IMG/VR virus record: IMGVR_UViG_3300038797_000105 | Coordinates: 1 to 55,300 of that record | Length of the DNA stretch: 55,300 nucleotides | Reading direction: 5' to 3' (one strand) | Source: a virus | Lineage: Duplodnaviria > Caudoviricetes | Shown here: piece after piece, positions 43,124 to 52,139 of the stretch | Numbering within the stretch: the first letter of the stretch is position 1 | Layout of the letters: each line of letters opens with the position of its first letter | Program-made: the position numbers and the translations under genes | The notes under the pieces: model-generated | Databases searched by the model: none | Told to the model about the DNA's origin: nothing | What the model saw: the letters and a program-made list of their open reading frames with translations, nothing else

Positions 43124-44248
43124 ATGTCCGCAGAACAGAAACTGATAGCGATCGAAGAGATCAGCGAAGACAACGCCCCGGCCATCTACGTGGCCGGCGG
43201 CCTTCAGCAATTCATCGATCTGGTTAAGGGTGAGGTCCTGGGCGAAGTGCCCGATCTGAAAACCCGCAAGGGCCGCGAGCGCATCGCCAGCCTGGCCGCC
43301 AAGGTCAGCAAGTCGAAGACCGCGGTCGAGAAGCCGGGCCGCGACTACCTGCGCCGCCTCAAGGAAATGCCTAAGGTGGTCGAGGCTGAGCTGCGCGAGT
43401 TCGTGACCAAGATGGACGCGCTGCGGGACGAGACGCGACGGCCGCTCACCGAGTGGGAACAGGCCGAGGCCGAGCGAGTTAAAGGGCATGAGATGCGCAT
43501 GCTTGGCCTTCGTTCAGAAGTCTCTGATCTCGGATCGCTCAGCCGCGACGAGTTACTGAGCAGCATTGCCAGAGTCGAGGCTGTTGCCCTGGATGAAACC
43601 TGGGAAGAGTTCGCAGCCGAGGCCGGCCAGGCTAAAGACCAGGTTCTGGCCGCGCTGCGTGAAGCCTTGGCGGCAAAACAGAAGTACGAAGCAGAGCAGG
43701 CCGAGCTGGCCCGCCTGCGCCGCGAAGCAGAAGAACGCGCCGAGCAGGACCGCATCAGGCTGGCACAAGAGGCTGCGGTTGAGGCCGAGCGCCAGCGCGT
43801 GGCCCAGCAGCAGCAAGCAGAACGCGAAGCCGCAGCCCGCCGAGAGCAGGAACTGCTTGACCAGGCCGCTGCGCAAGAGCGCGAAGCCGAGAATCAGCGC
43901 CTCCAGCTCAAGTTGCAGGCCGAGCAAGCTGAGCGCGCCCGGATCCAGGCTGAAGCTGACCGCGTTGCCGCCGAGCAGCGGATGGAGCAAGAGCGTCAGG
44001 CGGCAGCCCGCCGGCAAGAGGAGGCAGCCGAGCAGGCCCGCCAGGACGAGCGCCGCCGCGCTGATGCCGCTGCCGCGGAGATTCTTCGCCAGCAAGAAGC
44101 TCGCGAGGCCGACAAGGCGCATCGAGCCAGCATCAACCGCGCCGCCCTGGAATCCTTCATGGCCGAGGGCATGCCTGAAGCCTGCGCCAAGCAAGCGGTC
44201 ACCCTGATCGCCCAGCGCAAGATCCCGAACATCGCCATTTCCTACTGA
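43124..44248 (+). CDS. Coiled-coil early protein upstream of recT
   Basis: PDLKTRKGRERIASLAAKV; E/R/A-rich. Confidence 0.8.
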   Translation: MSAEQKLIAIEEISEDNAPAIYVAGGLQQFIDLVKGEVLGEVPDLKTRKGRERIASLAAKVSKSKTAVEKPGRDYLRRLKEMPKVVEAELREFVTKMDALRDETRRPLTEWEQAEAERVKGHEMRMLGLRSEVSDLGSLSRDELLSSIARVEAVALDETWEEFAAEAGQAKDQVLAALREALAAKQKYEAEQAELARLRREAEERAEQDRIRLAQEAAVEAERQRVAQQQQAEREAAARREQELLDQAAAQEREAENQRLQLKLQAEQAERARIQAEADRVAAEQRMEQERQAAARRQEEAAEQARQDERRRADAAAAEILRQQEAREADKAHRASINRAALESFMAEGMPEACAKQAVTLIAQRKIPNIAISY

Positions 44249-44255
44249 GGTCGCC

Positions 44256-45200
44256 ATGAGCCAGGCAGTAGCCATAATCTCGCAAGACATCTATGCCCAG
44301 CGGAATCAGTTCGCCAACGTACTGACGGATCGCTCGCTGAACTTCGAGCGCGAGGCCGAATTCGCCATCCAGGTGATCACCTCGAGCGAGTACGCAACCA
44401 AGGTCGCGATGCAGAACCGGCAGTCGGTGGCCAATGCGATCACCAACATCGCCGCCATCGGCATCAGCTTGAACCCGGCCAAGAAGCAAGCGTACCTGGT
44501 ACCGCGAGACGGCCGCATCTGCTTGGACATCAGCTACATCGGCTTGATGGACCTGGCCATGTCGACCGGCGCCATCCGCTGGGCGCAGGCCGAACTGGTC
44601 TACGCCGCAGACGCTTTCAGCCTGAACGGCTTCGACAAGCCGCCGACCCATTCCTACAACCCGTTCGCCAAGGATCGCGGCGAGGTGATCGGCGTGTACG
44701 TGGTGGTCAAGACCGCCGACGGCGATTACCTGACCGAAACCATGAGCCTCGAGGATGTGAACGCCATCCGGGACCGCTCAAGCGCCTGGAAGGCCTGGGT
44801 CAGCAAGAACAAATCCTGCCCATGGGTCACCGACCCGGGCGAGATGGCCAAGAAGACCGTGGTGAAGCGCGGTTACAAATACTGGCCAAAGACCGAGCGC
44901 CTGGAGCAAGCCATTCACCACTTGAACACCGATGGCGGCGAGGGCCTGGCCAGCGTGGCTGGCTCGGCGCCTACCGACCCAGAGATGGTGAACAACTGGA
45001 TCTCGCTGGCACAGAAGGCCGGGAGCCTGGAGGCACTTACCGACGTGTACCAGCAGGGAACCTCAGCAATGAGGCAGACGAAGGACGCGACAGGCCATGC
45101 CCGATTCAAGGCCGAGGTCACTAAGCGCGCCGATGACATCAAGGCAGAATCGGCGCCCATCGATGGCGAATCTGAGGAGGTGTTAGATGGAGCAGCGTAG
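44256..45200 (+). CDS. recT: RecT-family recombinase
   Basis: AYLVPR, ISYIG, PW-TD-EMAKKTVVKR. Confidence 0.9.
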   Translation: MSQAVAIISQDIYAQRNQFANVLTDRSLNFEREAEFAIQVITSSEYATKVAMQNRQSVANAITNIAAIGISLNPAKKQAYLVPRDGRICLDISYIGLMDLAMSTGAIRWAQAELVYAADAFSLNGFDKPPTHSYNPFAKDRGEVIGVYVVVKTADGDYLTETMSLEDVNAIRDRSSAWKAWVSKNKSCPWVTDPGEMAKKTVVKRGYKYWPKTERLEQAIHHLNTDGGEGLASVAGSAPTDPEMVNNWISLAQKAGSLEALTDVYQQGTSAMRQTKDATGHARFKAEVTKRADDIKAESAPIDGESEEVLDGAA

Positions 45201-45816
45201 CGCTGAATGGTTCGCGGCACGCCTTGGCTGTGTCACGGCGAGCCGGGTAAAAGACGTGATGGCGAGCGGCCGGGGTGGCGCGCCGTCTGCTACCCGCAAG
45301 AACTACATGATGGAGCTGCTGTGCGAGCGCCTCACCGGTCAGCAGAGCGGTCCAGACCTGTCCAGCAAACCCGCCGTGCAGCGCGGCGTCGAGCTTGAGC
45401 CGTTTGCGTGCATGGCCTACGAGGCTGACAAAGGCCTGATGGTGATTGAAACCGGGCTGGTCATGCACCCAAGCATTCCTGGCTTTGGCGCTTCGCCAGA
45501 CGGGCTGGTCGGTGAGGATGGCGTGCTTGAGATCAAGTGCCCAAACACGGCTACCCACATCGCCACCATGCAGTCCGAACGGCACGACCCGCAGTACGAG
45601 TGGCAGATGCTGGCCCAGATGGCCTGCACCGGCAGGGCCTGGGCGGACTTCGTCAGCTACGACGACCGCCTGCCTGAGCCCCTTCAGTACGTGTGCCATC
45701 GCTTCGAGCGGGACTTCAAGCGCATCCGCGAAATGGAGGCCGAGATCAAGGCGTTTCTGGAAGAGCTCGGCGACCTGGAGAAGGATATGCGCGAGCGGAT
45801 GAAGGAGGCAGCATGA
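45187..45816 (+). CDS. YqaJ/lambda-exo family exonuclease
   Basis: QRSAEWFAARLG-VTAS, GASPDGL, LEIKCP. Confidence 0.92.
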   Translation: MEQRSAEWFAARLGCVTASRVKDVMASGRGGAPSATRKNYMMELLCERLTGQQSGPDLSSKPAVQRGVELEPFACMAYEADKGLMVIETGLVMHPSIPGFGASPDGLVGEDGVLEIKCPNTATHIATMQSERHDPQYEWQMLAQMACTGRAWADFVSYDDRLPEPLQYVCHRFERDFKRIREMEAEIKAFLEELGDLEKDMRERMKEAA

Positions 45817-46325
45817 ACCCATCAATCGACCTGGAGGCCGCACAAGCGGCCTTCTTTGCCTCTGGTGGTCAGCTTGTCGTGCTGGAGGGATTCACCTACC
45901 GGCCACTTCCCGAGCGCAAGCACCCAGACCCCAAGCAGAGGCCGGCCAAGCCTGCTGCGTGCAAGGCCGAAAGACAGCAGGTAATCAAAGCCAGGACCCG
46001 CGCAGCGAAGATCGCCGAGTTGGCCAAGACCATGAGCTGCGGTGAGGTTGCGGAGCTCCTTGGGGAAACCAAAGGCGCGCTGTGGGGCGTGGCTGCGCGG
46101 GAGGGCTTCAAGTTCTTCTCCCCGCCCAGGGCGGCCCGGCCAACGAAGTCCGCGGCTGATCAGGAAAAGGAATATCGAGCGCTCGCCGATCAGATTATCG
46201 CTCTCCGTGACGCCGGCGATTCTCGGACCCGGGTAACCGCGAAGCTGGGGATAGGGAATCGCAAGCTCGAGCGAATCCTGGTGGCATTCAAGATCAACTT
46301 CCCGCTTCAGCGGCACCGGGGGTAG
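45813..46325 (+). CDS. Hypothetical protein with HTH-like segments
   Basis: AFFASGGQ motif; coupled to exonuclease. Confidence 0.7.
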   Translation: MNPSIDLEAAQAAFFASGGQLVVLEGFTYRPLPERKHPDPKQRPAKPAACKAERQQVIKARTRAAKIAELAKTMSCGEVAELLGETKGALWGVAAREGFKFFSPPRAARPTKSAADQEKEYRALADQIIALRDAGDSRTRVTAKLGIGNRKLERILVAFKINFPLQRHRG

Positions 46326-46327
46326 CC

Positions 46328-46537
46328 ATGCCAAGAGTCAAGCCGGAAAAGATTCACCCACTGCCCTACTACCACGGGCGTACAACTCGGGCTGCTGGCC
46401 GGTGCCGAGCCTACCAGCCTCACCCCGAAATGTCGGTCGATAGCGCCTGGTGGCTTGCGGGCTGGCATGACTGCGATATGGAGTTATCCCATGAACCGAA
46501 AAATCCGCCGATCGCTGCAGCTGCACAGGCGGCGTGA
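46328..46537 (+). CDS. Small hypothetical protein
   Basis: WWLAGWHD motif. Confidence 0.5.
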   Translation: MPRVKPEKIHPLPYYHGRTTRAAGRCRAYQPHPEMSVDSAWWLAGWHDCDMELSHEPKNPPIAAAAQAA

Positions 46538-46578
46538 GCAGTTCAACCTACCGCCCAGCGGATTGAAGGAGGTGCCGT

Positions 46579-47199
46579 ATGGCGATGACACCGCAGGAGC
46601 GCGACAAGCGCCGGCGCGAGAAACAGGAGCGAATGGGCGAGCAAGATTTGCGCTTGAAGGTGACCGACACCCACGGCAGCCAGCTTGCTGACCTGATGAC
46701 CTGGGGAAAAATGGTGGAAAGCGGCGAAGCGCTCACCCTGCTGATCTACAACGCGCACAGGCTTGGTCATTCGAAGTTCCCGTACTTCGCCGCCGGCGCC
46801 CACCTTGAGATCGAAAGCGATCAACACATCAAGGCAGAACGAATCGAAATCAGGCTCATGGCAAGGCGCGGCACCATCCAGCAGCTCGATGAAATGGGCG
46901 AGTGGATCAACATCGCCGACCGAAGCGGTATCGTCCGAGTGTTGATTGAGCGCGCCCATGCACTTGGGCCGATTCAGGCCCTCATGCTTCTGGCACTGCC
47001 TCCGCGCCACGATTTCGTTATCAGCAACTCCGTGGCGCGCGCCCTGGATCAATGGCGGATGCAGCGTGAACTTCGTGCGCCAGACATCAGGCTGGGTAGC
47101 GACCCGGACGATAGAGGCATCTGCTTGCCAGCGCCATCAGTCCTTGAAAAGAACCCGGCCATTAGCATAAGCGCCGATAGACTGAAGTTCTCGAGTTGA
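46579..47199 (+). CDS. Hypothetical protein with internal duplication
   Basis: GGAGG RBS; two similar ~55-aa units. Confidence 0.7.
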   Translation: MAMTPQERDKRRREKQERMGEQDLRLKVTDTHGSQLADLMTWGKMVESGEALTLLIYNAHRLGHSKFPYFAAGAHLEIESDQHIKAERIEIRLMARRGTIQQLDEMGEWINIADRSGIVRVLIERAHALGPIQALMLLALPPRHDFVISNSVARALDQWRMQRELRAPDIRLGSDPDDRGICLPAPSVLEKNPAISISADRLKFSS

Positions 47200-47370
47200 G
47201 AGTGTTGAAGCTCCTTTGAGTATTAACTGGCCCTCTCCCATTCCAGCGTTGGTAGCCAGTTGGCAAAGATCACTTAAGGGGCGCCCCGCAACCGACATTT
47301 CAATCGAAACACCCGAAGCGAGAAGCTCGACCAGTTCATTCTGAGGCCTTGTTTCGAAACCCATCAGCAT
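47137..47370 (-). CDS. Antisense moron, 77 aa
   Basis: AAGGAG RBS, TATAAAT-like -10 near 47400, lower GC. Confidence 0.7.
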   Translation of the reverse strand: MLMGFETRPQNELVELLASGVSIEMSVAGRPLSDLCQLATNAGMGEGQLILKGASTLSTRELQSIGAYANGRVLFKD

Positions 47371-47513
47371 CTCCTTAATCCGGCCTAATGCCGGTAGCCA
47401 TTTATACCTCAGCGCCTAACTAAAAACCGTTCAGGTTGACATTCCGAAGCCAGACAAACCCTCTTCAGATTTGAGCGCACTGCCACGGCGTGCCTGCATG
47501 CATAGAGAAAGCC

Positions 47514-48041
47514 ATGAGCAACTACAGCTGCGACTACGTTCGCCGCCATTACGACGTACCGGCTGAAATCGGGCGCCGCGTGATCGCCAACGGTGAGCCC
47601 GGCGTCATCATGGCCGACCGCGGCCACTACATCGGCGTCATCCTGGACAGCGACCCGAAGAAGCGCATCCGCAACTACCACCCAACCTGGGAAATGCAGT
47701 ACGGCGAGATGGCCGAGAATCTGCCGCTCAAGCACTGGGAAGTCCTCACCAACGGCATGTACGATTGGGATGACGTCCGCTACATGCTTGGTGATGCTCG
47801 CCATTACGTGCGGCGCATTTGGGCAGCAACCCGCAGCCAGGCCAAATACCGGGCATATCAGGAACTGGCCGAGTGTTTCAACTATGACGCAACAGCCATG
47901 CTGAGCTTCAAGGTTCGCGCCGCAGCCTGCCCCTCCGGCGCTGCCCGCCAGCGCCTCAGGAGCCTTCGCTTTTCACCTGGCAAATCCCGTTGGCCCGGTT
48001 CTTCCCGGTATACGAGACATCAGGCGAGCCGTCCGGGTTGA
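47514..48041 (+). CDS. Early hypothetical protein, paralog of 264-647, with stop-loss extension
   Basis: TGC at 47928 aligns with TGA at 645. Confidence 0.75.
   Translation: MSNYSCDYVRRHYDVPAEIGRRVIANGEPGVIMADRGHYIGVILDSDPKKRIRNYHPTWEMQYGEMAENLPLKHWEVLTNGMYDWDDVRYMLGDARHYVRRIWAATRSQAKYRAYQELAECFNYDATAMLSFKVRAAACPSGAARQRLRSLRFSPGKSRWPGSSRYTRHQASRPG
47936..47956. repeat. GC hairpin repeat copy 2
   Basis: CGGCGCTGCCCGCCAGCGCCT. Confidence 0.9.
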
Positions 48042-48252
48042 TCGACAATGAGATTGTCACCCCACTGCCTTTGGCTTCGAAGTAGTTCTCGTTGAACTTC
48101 TTCAGCTTGCCTTCCTTGCCATTGATGTAAATCGGGCCGCCCTTGTCGGCGTGTACCTCGATGTTGCCTGGGCACGTGGCATTCACCAGCGGAATACCAG
48201 CCTGGACCGCGCCCGACACCGCCAGCAAAGCACCAATCATTAGTCGCTTCAT
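47956..48252 (-). CDS. Secreted small beta protein (antisense moron)
   Basis: Signal peptide AVQA; two Cys; AAGGAG RBS. Confidence 0.8.
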   Translation of the reverse strand: MKRLMIGALLAVSGAVQAGIPLVNATCPGNIEVHADKGGPIYINGKEGKLKKFNENYFEAKGSGVTISLSINPDGSPDVSYTGKNRANGICQVKSEGS

Positions 48253-48300
48253 CTAACGCTCCTTGAGTGGATTGACCGAGATCGAAGCAATAGCCCAATT

Positions 48301-48329
48301 CGGCGCTGCCCGCCAGCGCCTTCCCCTAT
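48301..48329. repeat. GC hairpin repeat copy 3
   Basis: CGGCGCTGCCCGCCAGCGCCTTCCCCTAT, identical to 653-681. Confidence 0.9.
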
Positions 48330-48505
48330 TCAACGGCAGGGTTGGCGCCCAGGCCTTTTCGGTAGCGGGCAATCGCGATGATCTGGCGTAAGCAGATGAC
48401 CATTTCCTTCTTCATCTGTTCGTCCGGCAAGCCGATCTTTTTCAGCATTGCCTGGGCTTCTTCCTCGATCGAGGCAAGGGCCTCGGTATCGCTTTTCAGT
48501 GTCAT
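48326..48505 (-). CDS. 59-aa helical protein (antisense moron; not in ORF track)
   Basis: GGAGG RBS; MTLKSDTEALASIEEEAQAML...PAVE*. Confidence 0.7.
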   Translation of the reverse strand: MTLKSDTEALASIEEEAQAMLKKIGLPDEQMKKEMVICLRQIIAIARYRKGLGANPAVE

Positions 48506-48600
48506 GCGACCTCCAACAGGTCGAGTCAGCCATGAATTGATAGCTCACCAGAACAATGCGCGCCACCAAGGCGCCTTACCCGTATCAAAGCATGAACATC

Positions 48601-49251
48601 TCAAGCTTCAGCGCTCGTGAAATCTCGCTTGTCGGCAAGCGCAACCTTGTACTTTTCAAGAGCTTCTTGGACTACTTCATTATCACCCGTAATTTCGGAA
48701 TACTGATATTTAACCCAGCGATCTTGAACTCGCTTGTAACGCTCATCAACTTCGCGCAAACGACGGACCACACCCTGAATCCGTATCATCTTCGTTATCA
48801 CAACTGAATGGGACACTACAAGATCGTAACTTCCCAACTCATGAGCCGGAATTCCTTTCAGCATTTCCATGTTACTTTCAAAAAGTCCGCCCACGTGATA
48901 GTCCCACATCAATAGAAAACCATTCAACGTCGGCCCACCCTCAACAAACTCAGACAACTTTCTGACATTTTTGCAAGCGCTTTCCATCACAGCCAAATAG
49001 GCACCCTCACGAAGCTCTGCCCTCTTTGCATCCGTGTTTATTTGGCTAGCAATTTGTTTCCGCCCTACTGCTAATGCCCCCCAAATCGCACCGATAGAGC
49101 CAAAAGCCTGAACCCAACTAGCAAGCTCGCTTTTACTAAGGTCATACATCCTGATCAAAAGAATAGACACAAAGCAAATCGCAAGAGCCAAACAAATATT
49201 CTGAACTGATAGCCAGGGCTTCAATAGGCTCTTGCCGTACTCGTTAAGCAT
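48601..49251 (-). CDS. Membrane-anchored protein (antisense moron)
   Basis: Two N-terminal TMs, ASWVQAFGSIGAI motif; low GC. Confidence 0.7.
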   Translation of the reverse strand: MLNEYGKSLLKPWLSVQNICLALAICFVSILLIRMYDLSKSELASWVQAFGSIGAIWGALAVGRKQIASQINTDAKRAELREGAYLAVMESACKNVRKLSEFVEGGPTLNGFLLMWDYHVGGLFESNMEMLKGIPAHELGSYDLVVSHSVVITKMIRIQGVVRRLREVDERYKRVQDRWVKYQYSEITGDNEVVQEALEKYKVALADKRDFTSAEA

Positions 49252-49300
49252 CTTCACTACCCATCCTTGTTTTCTGAAATCATACGCGCGAGATATCCTC

Positions 49301-50224
49301 ATGCCCACAGCAATCGACCTGTTCGCCGGCCTCGGCGGATGGAGCACCGGCGCGCGCGCCGCAGGCGTCCAGGTTCTCTGGGCGGCGAACCACTGGCCTG
49401 ATGCCGTGAAGTGGCACAGCGCCAACCATCCCGACACGCAGCATGTTTGCCAAGACTTGCACCAGGCGCGCTGGGAGCAGGTGCCGGCGCACGACATCCT
49501 GCTTGCCTCACCATGCTGCCAGGGCCACGCCAAGGCCCGCGGGAAGAAGTCGGGCAACCCGGAACACGACGCTTCGCGCTCGACGGCCTGGGCCCCGGTG
49601 TCGGCGCTTGAGTTCCACCGGCCGCAGGCGGCAGTGATCGAGAACGTGCCGGAGTTCACCGACTGGCTGCTCTACCCAGCTTGGTTGCAGGCCATCCAAG
49701 CGATGGGCTACCAGTGTGCGCCGCACATCGTGGACTGCGCCGACCTCGGCGTGCCGCAACACCGGGTGCGCCTGTTCATGGTCCTGACGCGCAGCAAGGC
49801 CCCACTGATGCTGCAGTTACCGCAGGAGCGGCATGTGCCGGCAAGCAGCTTCCTCGACTTCGACGCCGGCCGCTGGTCACAGATCGAGAAACCAGGCCGG
49901 GCCCAGGCCACCCTCGACAGGGTGCGCAACGGGCGCCAGCGCTTCGGCGACCGGTTCATCATGCCCTACTACGGCAAGGGCTCCGGCACCACTGGCCGCG
50001 ACATCAACCGGCCGATCGGCACCATCACCACCCTGGACCGCTGGGCCCTGGTCGACGGCGACCGCATGCGGATGCTCAGCGCCGGCGAGGCCCTGGCCGC
50101 GATGTCGTTCCCGGCTGACACCCTTCGCCCGGACAACCACCGGCTGACCATGCACATGGCCGGAAATGCGGTACCGCCACTGGCCGGACAGCGAGTGATT
50201 GAATCTCTGTTGGCGGCAGCATAG
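49301..50224 (+). CDS. DNA cytosine-C5 methyltransferase
   Basis: DLFAGLGG, SPCCQG, ENV, QHRVR, GNAV motifs. Confidence 0.93.
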   Translation: MPTAIDLFAGLGGWSTGARAAGVQVLWAANHWPDAVKWHSANHPDTQHVCQDLHQARWEQVPAHDILLASPCCQGHAKARGKKSGNPEHDASRSTAWAPVSALEFHRPQAAVIENVPEFTDWLLYPAWLQAIQAMGYQCAPHIVDCADLGVPQHRVRLFMVLTRSKAPLMLQLPQERHVPASSFLDFDAGRWSQIEKPGRAQATLDRVRNGRQRFGDRFIMPYYGKGSGTTGRDINRPIGTITTLDRWALVDGDRMRMLSAGEALAAMSFPADTLRPDNHRLTMHMAGNAVPPLAGQRVIESLLAAA

Positions 50225-50323
50225 AGCGCGCCGACAACCATCGCTTCAGGTCGCTAAGCGCTTAGTTCATAATACTGCGTCGAATTAATGAGGCACCAAT
50301 CCGATTCATACACGATGTTTGAC

Positions 50324-51445
50324 TCAAGCCTCAATCAGACCCTCGCGCTCAAGCACCTGTCTAATATCCTCAAACTTTGCAGTTATATTTCCCTTGGGGA
50401 AGCGAATTTGACCAAGACCTTGAATGTTAGAGAATTCCTCGCAGCCTTCTTCCAGCAAAACAATAGCCTTTGTGAATCCTAGGCGGCCTTGAAACAAGCC
50501 CACCTCGTGAATAACATTGGTTCTAGCTTCAACCTTGCCATCGACTTGCTCATCCTCTGCAGTCATAACTATAAATGCAACAGCTGCCGAATCGAGCATT
50601 TGAGTTAAGCGCTGAATGTTTGTTATGCCCGCGACAGGCACTCGATTGAATTCGTCATATGGAAGCCCTAAACGATCCTTAACGAAATCTTTCAAGTCTC
50701 GCCATACTTGCGATCGTCCGTGACCAATAAAAACGTTGGTACCAACTACAGATTCCTGCATTTTTTTCTTCTCAGAACGAAGCGAATAGGAATAGGCCTT
50801 TCTTAGCACTGGCAAAAGACGCTCGCAAGCTAATAGGGGAGACTTTAAAGCTACGCATTTTGCCCACAGCGCGAGGTGCGGTGGAGTGCGCAGGCCTTGG
50901 CTAAATGCCAAAGAATCACGGCTAGTCACCTGCGCCGGACGCGCATGATTGATGAAATCTTTTTCAGCAAGCAAATGTACTTTCTTCAGCTCTTCGGAAA
51001 GAGTTTTATAGAAACCGTCAGCAAGCGCTTCAGCCTGCACAACCAGAATCACATCCAGTTCTTCTTTGACTGATTTGAATAGCGCATCACCTTCTGCGCA
51101 GAACAGCTCTATTTGAGTAAGATCCGGATTTCCAGCCATCTCCACAATTGCTTCATAAATACCATCGAACTCATATTCGAGCCACGGACCATTAGTCCCA
51201 CGCCCGTACATTTCTTGCATACCCCATTCGGAACTAAAATGATGGCCGGGGTGTGGGACTTCTAAATTTTCATAGTAGATATTTGAATGATAACCGATCC
51301 AAGAACCACTCCATGCCTTCCCAGCCTTATTTTGCGCCTCTAACAGCGATTCCACTCCGGAGTAGTCAATCCGCTCACCTTTTTCTAAGTAAAGCTCGAC
51401 CTTTGCTAGAAGGGACTTCAACTCCGAGCTGACACCATCATCCAT
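50324..51445 (-). CDS. TIR-domain protein (CAP12/Pycsar-type TIR) with unknown N-terminal domain
   Basis: VFIGHGR, AFIVMTAED, ARTNVIHEVGLFQGRLG, FSNIQGL. Confidence 0.88.
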   Translation of the reverse strand: MDDGVSSELKSLLAKVELYLEKGERIDYSGVESLLEAQNKAGKAWSGSWIGYHSNIYYENLEVPHPGHHFSSEWGMQEMYGRGTNGPWLEYEFDGIYEAIVEMAGNPDLTQIELFCAEGDALFKSVKEELDVILVVQAEALADGFYKTLSEELKKVHLLAEKDFINHARPAQVTSRDSLAFSQGLRTPPHLALWAKCVALKSPLLACERLLPVLRKAYSYSLRSEKKKMQESVVGTNVFIGHGRSQVWRDLKDFVKDRLGLPYDEFNRVPVAGITNIQRLTQMLDSAAVAFIVMTAEDEQVDGKVEARTNVIHEVGLFQGRLGFTKAIVLLEEGCEEFSNIQGLGQIRFPKGNITAKFEDIRQVLEREGLIEA

Positions 51446-51570
51446 TACAGCCTCCAGTAATTATGAGCCTTTAGGTGATTATTGCTCGTAGCTATCACAA
51501 AAACCATCCCGCCGCACATCGGCGCCTCAACCGCATCTCACTGCCGCGATATGGCGGCCAAGGAACGACC

Positions 51571-51891
51571 GTGCCTCTAGAAAAAACTGCTCTCGACTCC
51601 ATCGATCTGGACGCCCTGCATGTCGCCGCCAAGGCCGCTGCCGAGGATGTGATCCGCTCCCACGGCTGGAAGGGAATGGTCGAAGACGCCGACCTGCTGG
51701 GAACCGATGAGCGTTACCTGGTTCTGGCTGACCCAGCCGTGGTTGCCGGGCTCATCACGGAAATCAAGGCCCTTCGGCGAGCTCTGGGCGGCATGCTGTT
51801 CGCCTTCGACGACGGCGTAGGCGAGGACTGGTCGCAAAGCGTGCTCGACTTCGCCCGTCAGGTCACCCCAGCAGTCGAGTTCAAGCCATGA
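51571..51891 (+). CDS. Ead/Ea22-like hypothetical protein
   Basis: AAGGA RBS; LADPAVV-GLI-EI motif. Confidence 0.65.
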   Translation: MPLEKTALDSIDLDALHVAAKAAAEDVIRSHGWKGMVEDADLLGTDERYLVLADPAVVAGLITEIKALRRALGGMLFAFDDGVGEDWSQSVLDFARQVTPAVEFKP

Positions 51892-52139
51892 CCCGCCTCG
51901 CCCTCTGCCTCCTGCTGCTGGCCACCGGCGCCAGCGCCACCGAGAACGTCATCGACGTGCAGCACGACAGCCAGCGCGGCGTCACCTGCTACCTGCTGAA
52001 CGGGGTCGGAATCAGCTGCATTCCCGACAGCCAGCTGCAGGCCGGCAACGAGCGCCAGCTCTCCCCGCACGAAAAAGATTCAGGGCCTACACCCGCACTG
52101 GCGCCTGGGCGCTGGATTGATGAGAGGTATCAGCTGTGA
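51888..52139 (+). CDS. Small secreted protein
   Basis: Signal peptide; HDSQRGVTCY..GISCIP. Confidence 0.75.
   Translation: MTRLALCLLLLATGASATENVIDVQHDSQRGVTCYLLNGVGISCIPDSQLQAGNERQLSPHEKDSGPTPALAPGRWIDERYQL

Noticed and set aside
43560-44140. Low-complexity E/R/A/Q repeats
   Set aside because: Ordinary coiled-coil coding sequence
653-48329. CRISPR array or integron attC interpretation of the hairpin repeat
   Set aside because: Only three dispersed copies, no regular spacers, no cas or intI, no RYYYAAC/GTTRRRY ends
48601-49659. 352-aa version of the moron
   Set aside because: Upstream part is antisense to the methyltransferase; a start near 49251 is more plausible
49301-51445. Restriction-modification pair or CBASS/Pycsar/Thoeris operon
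   Set aside because: Genes are convergent; no endonuclease, cyclase or ThsA partner seen
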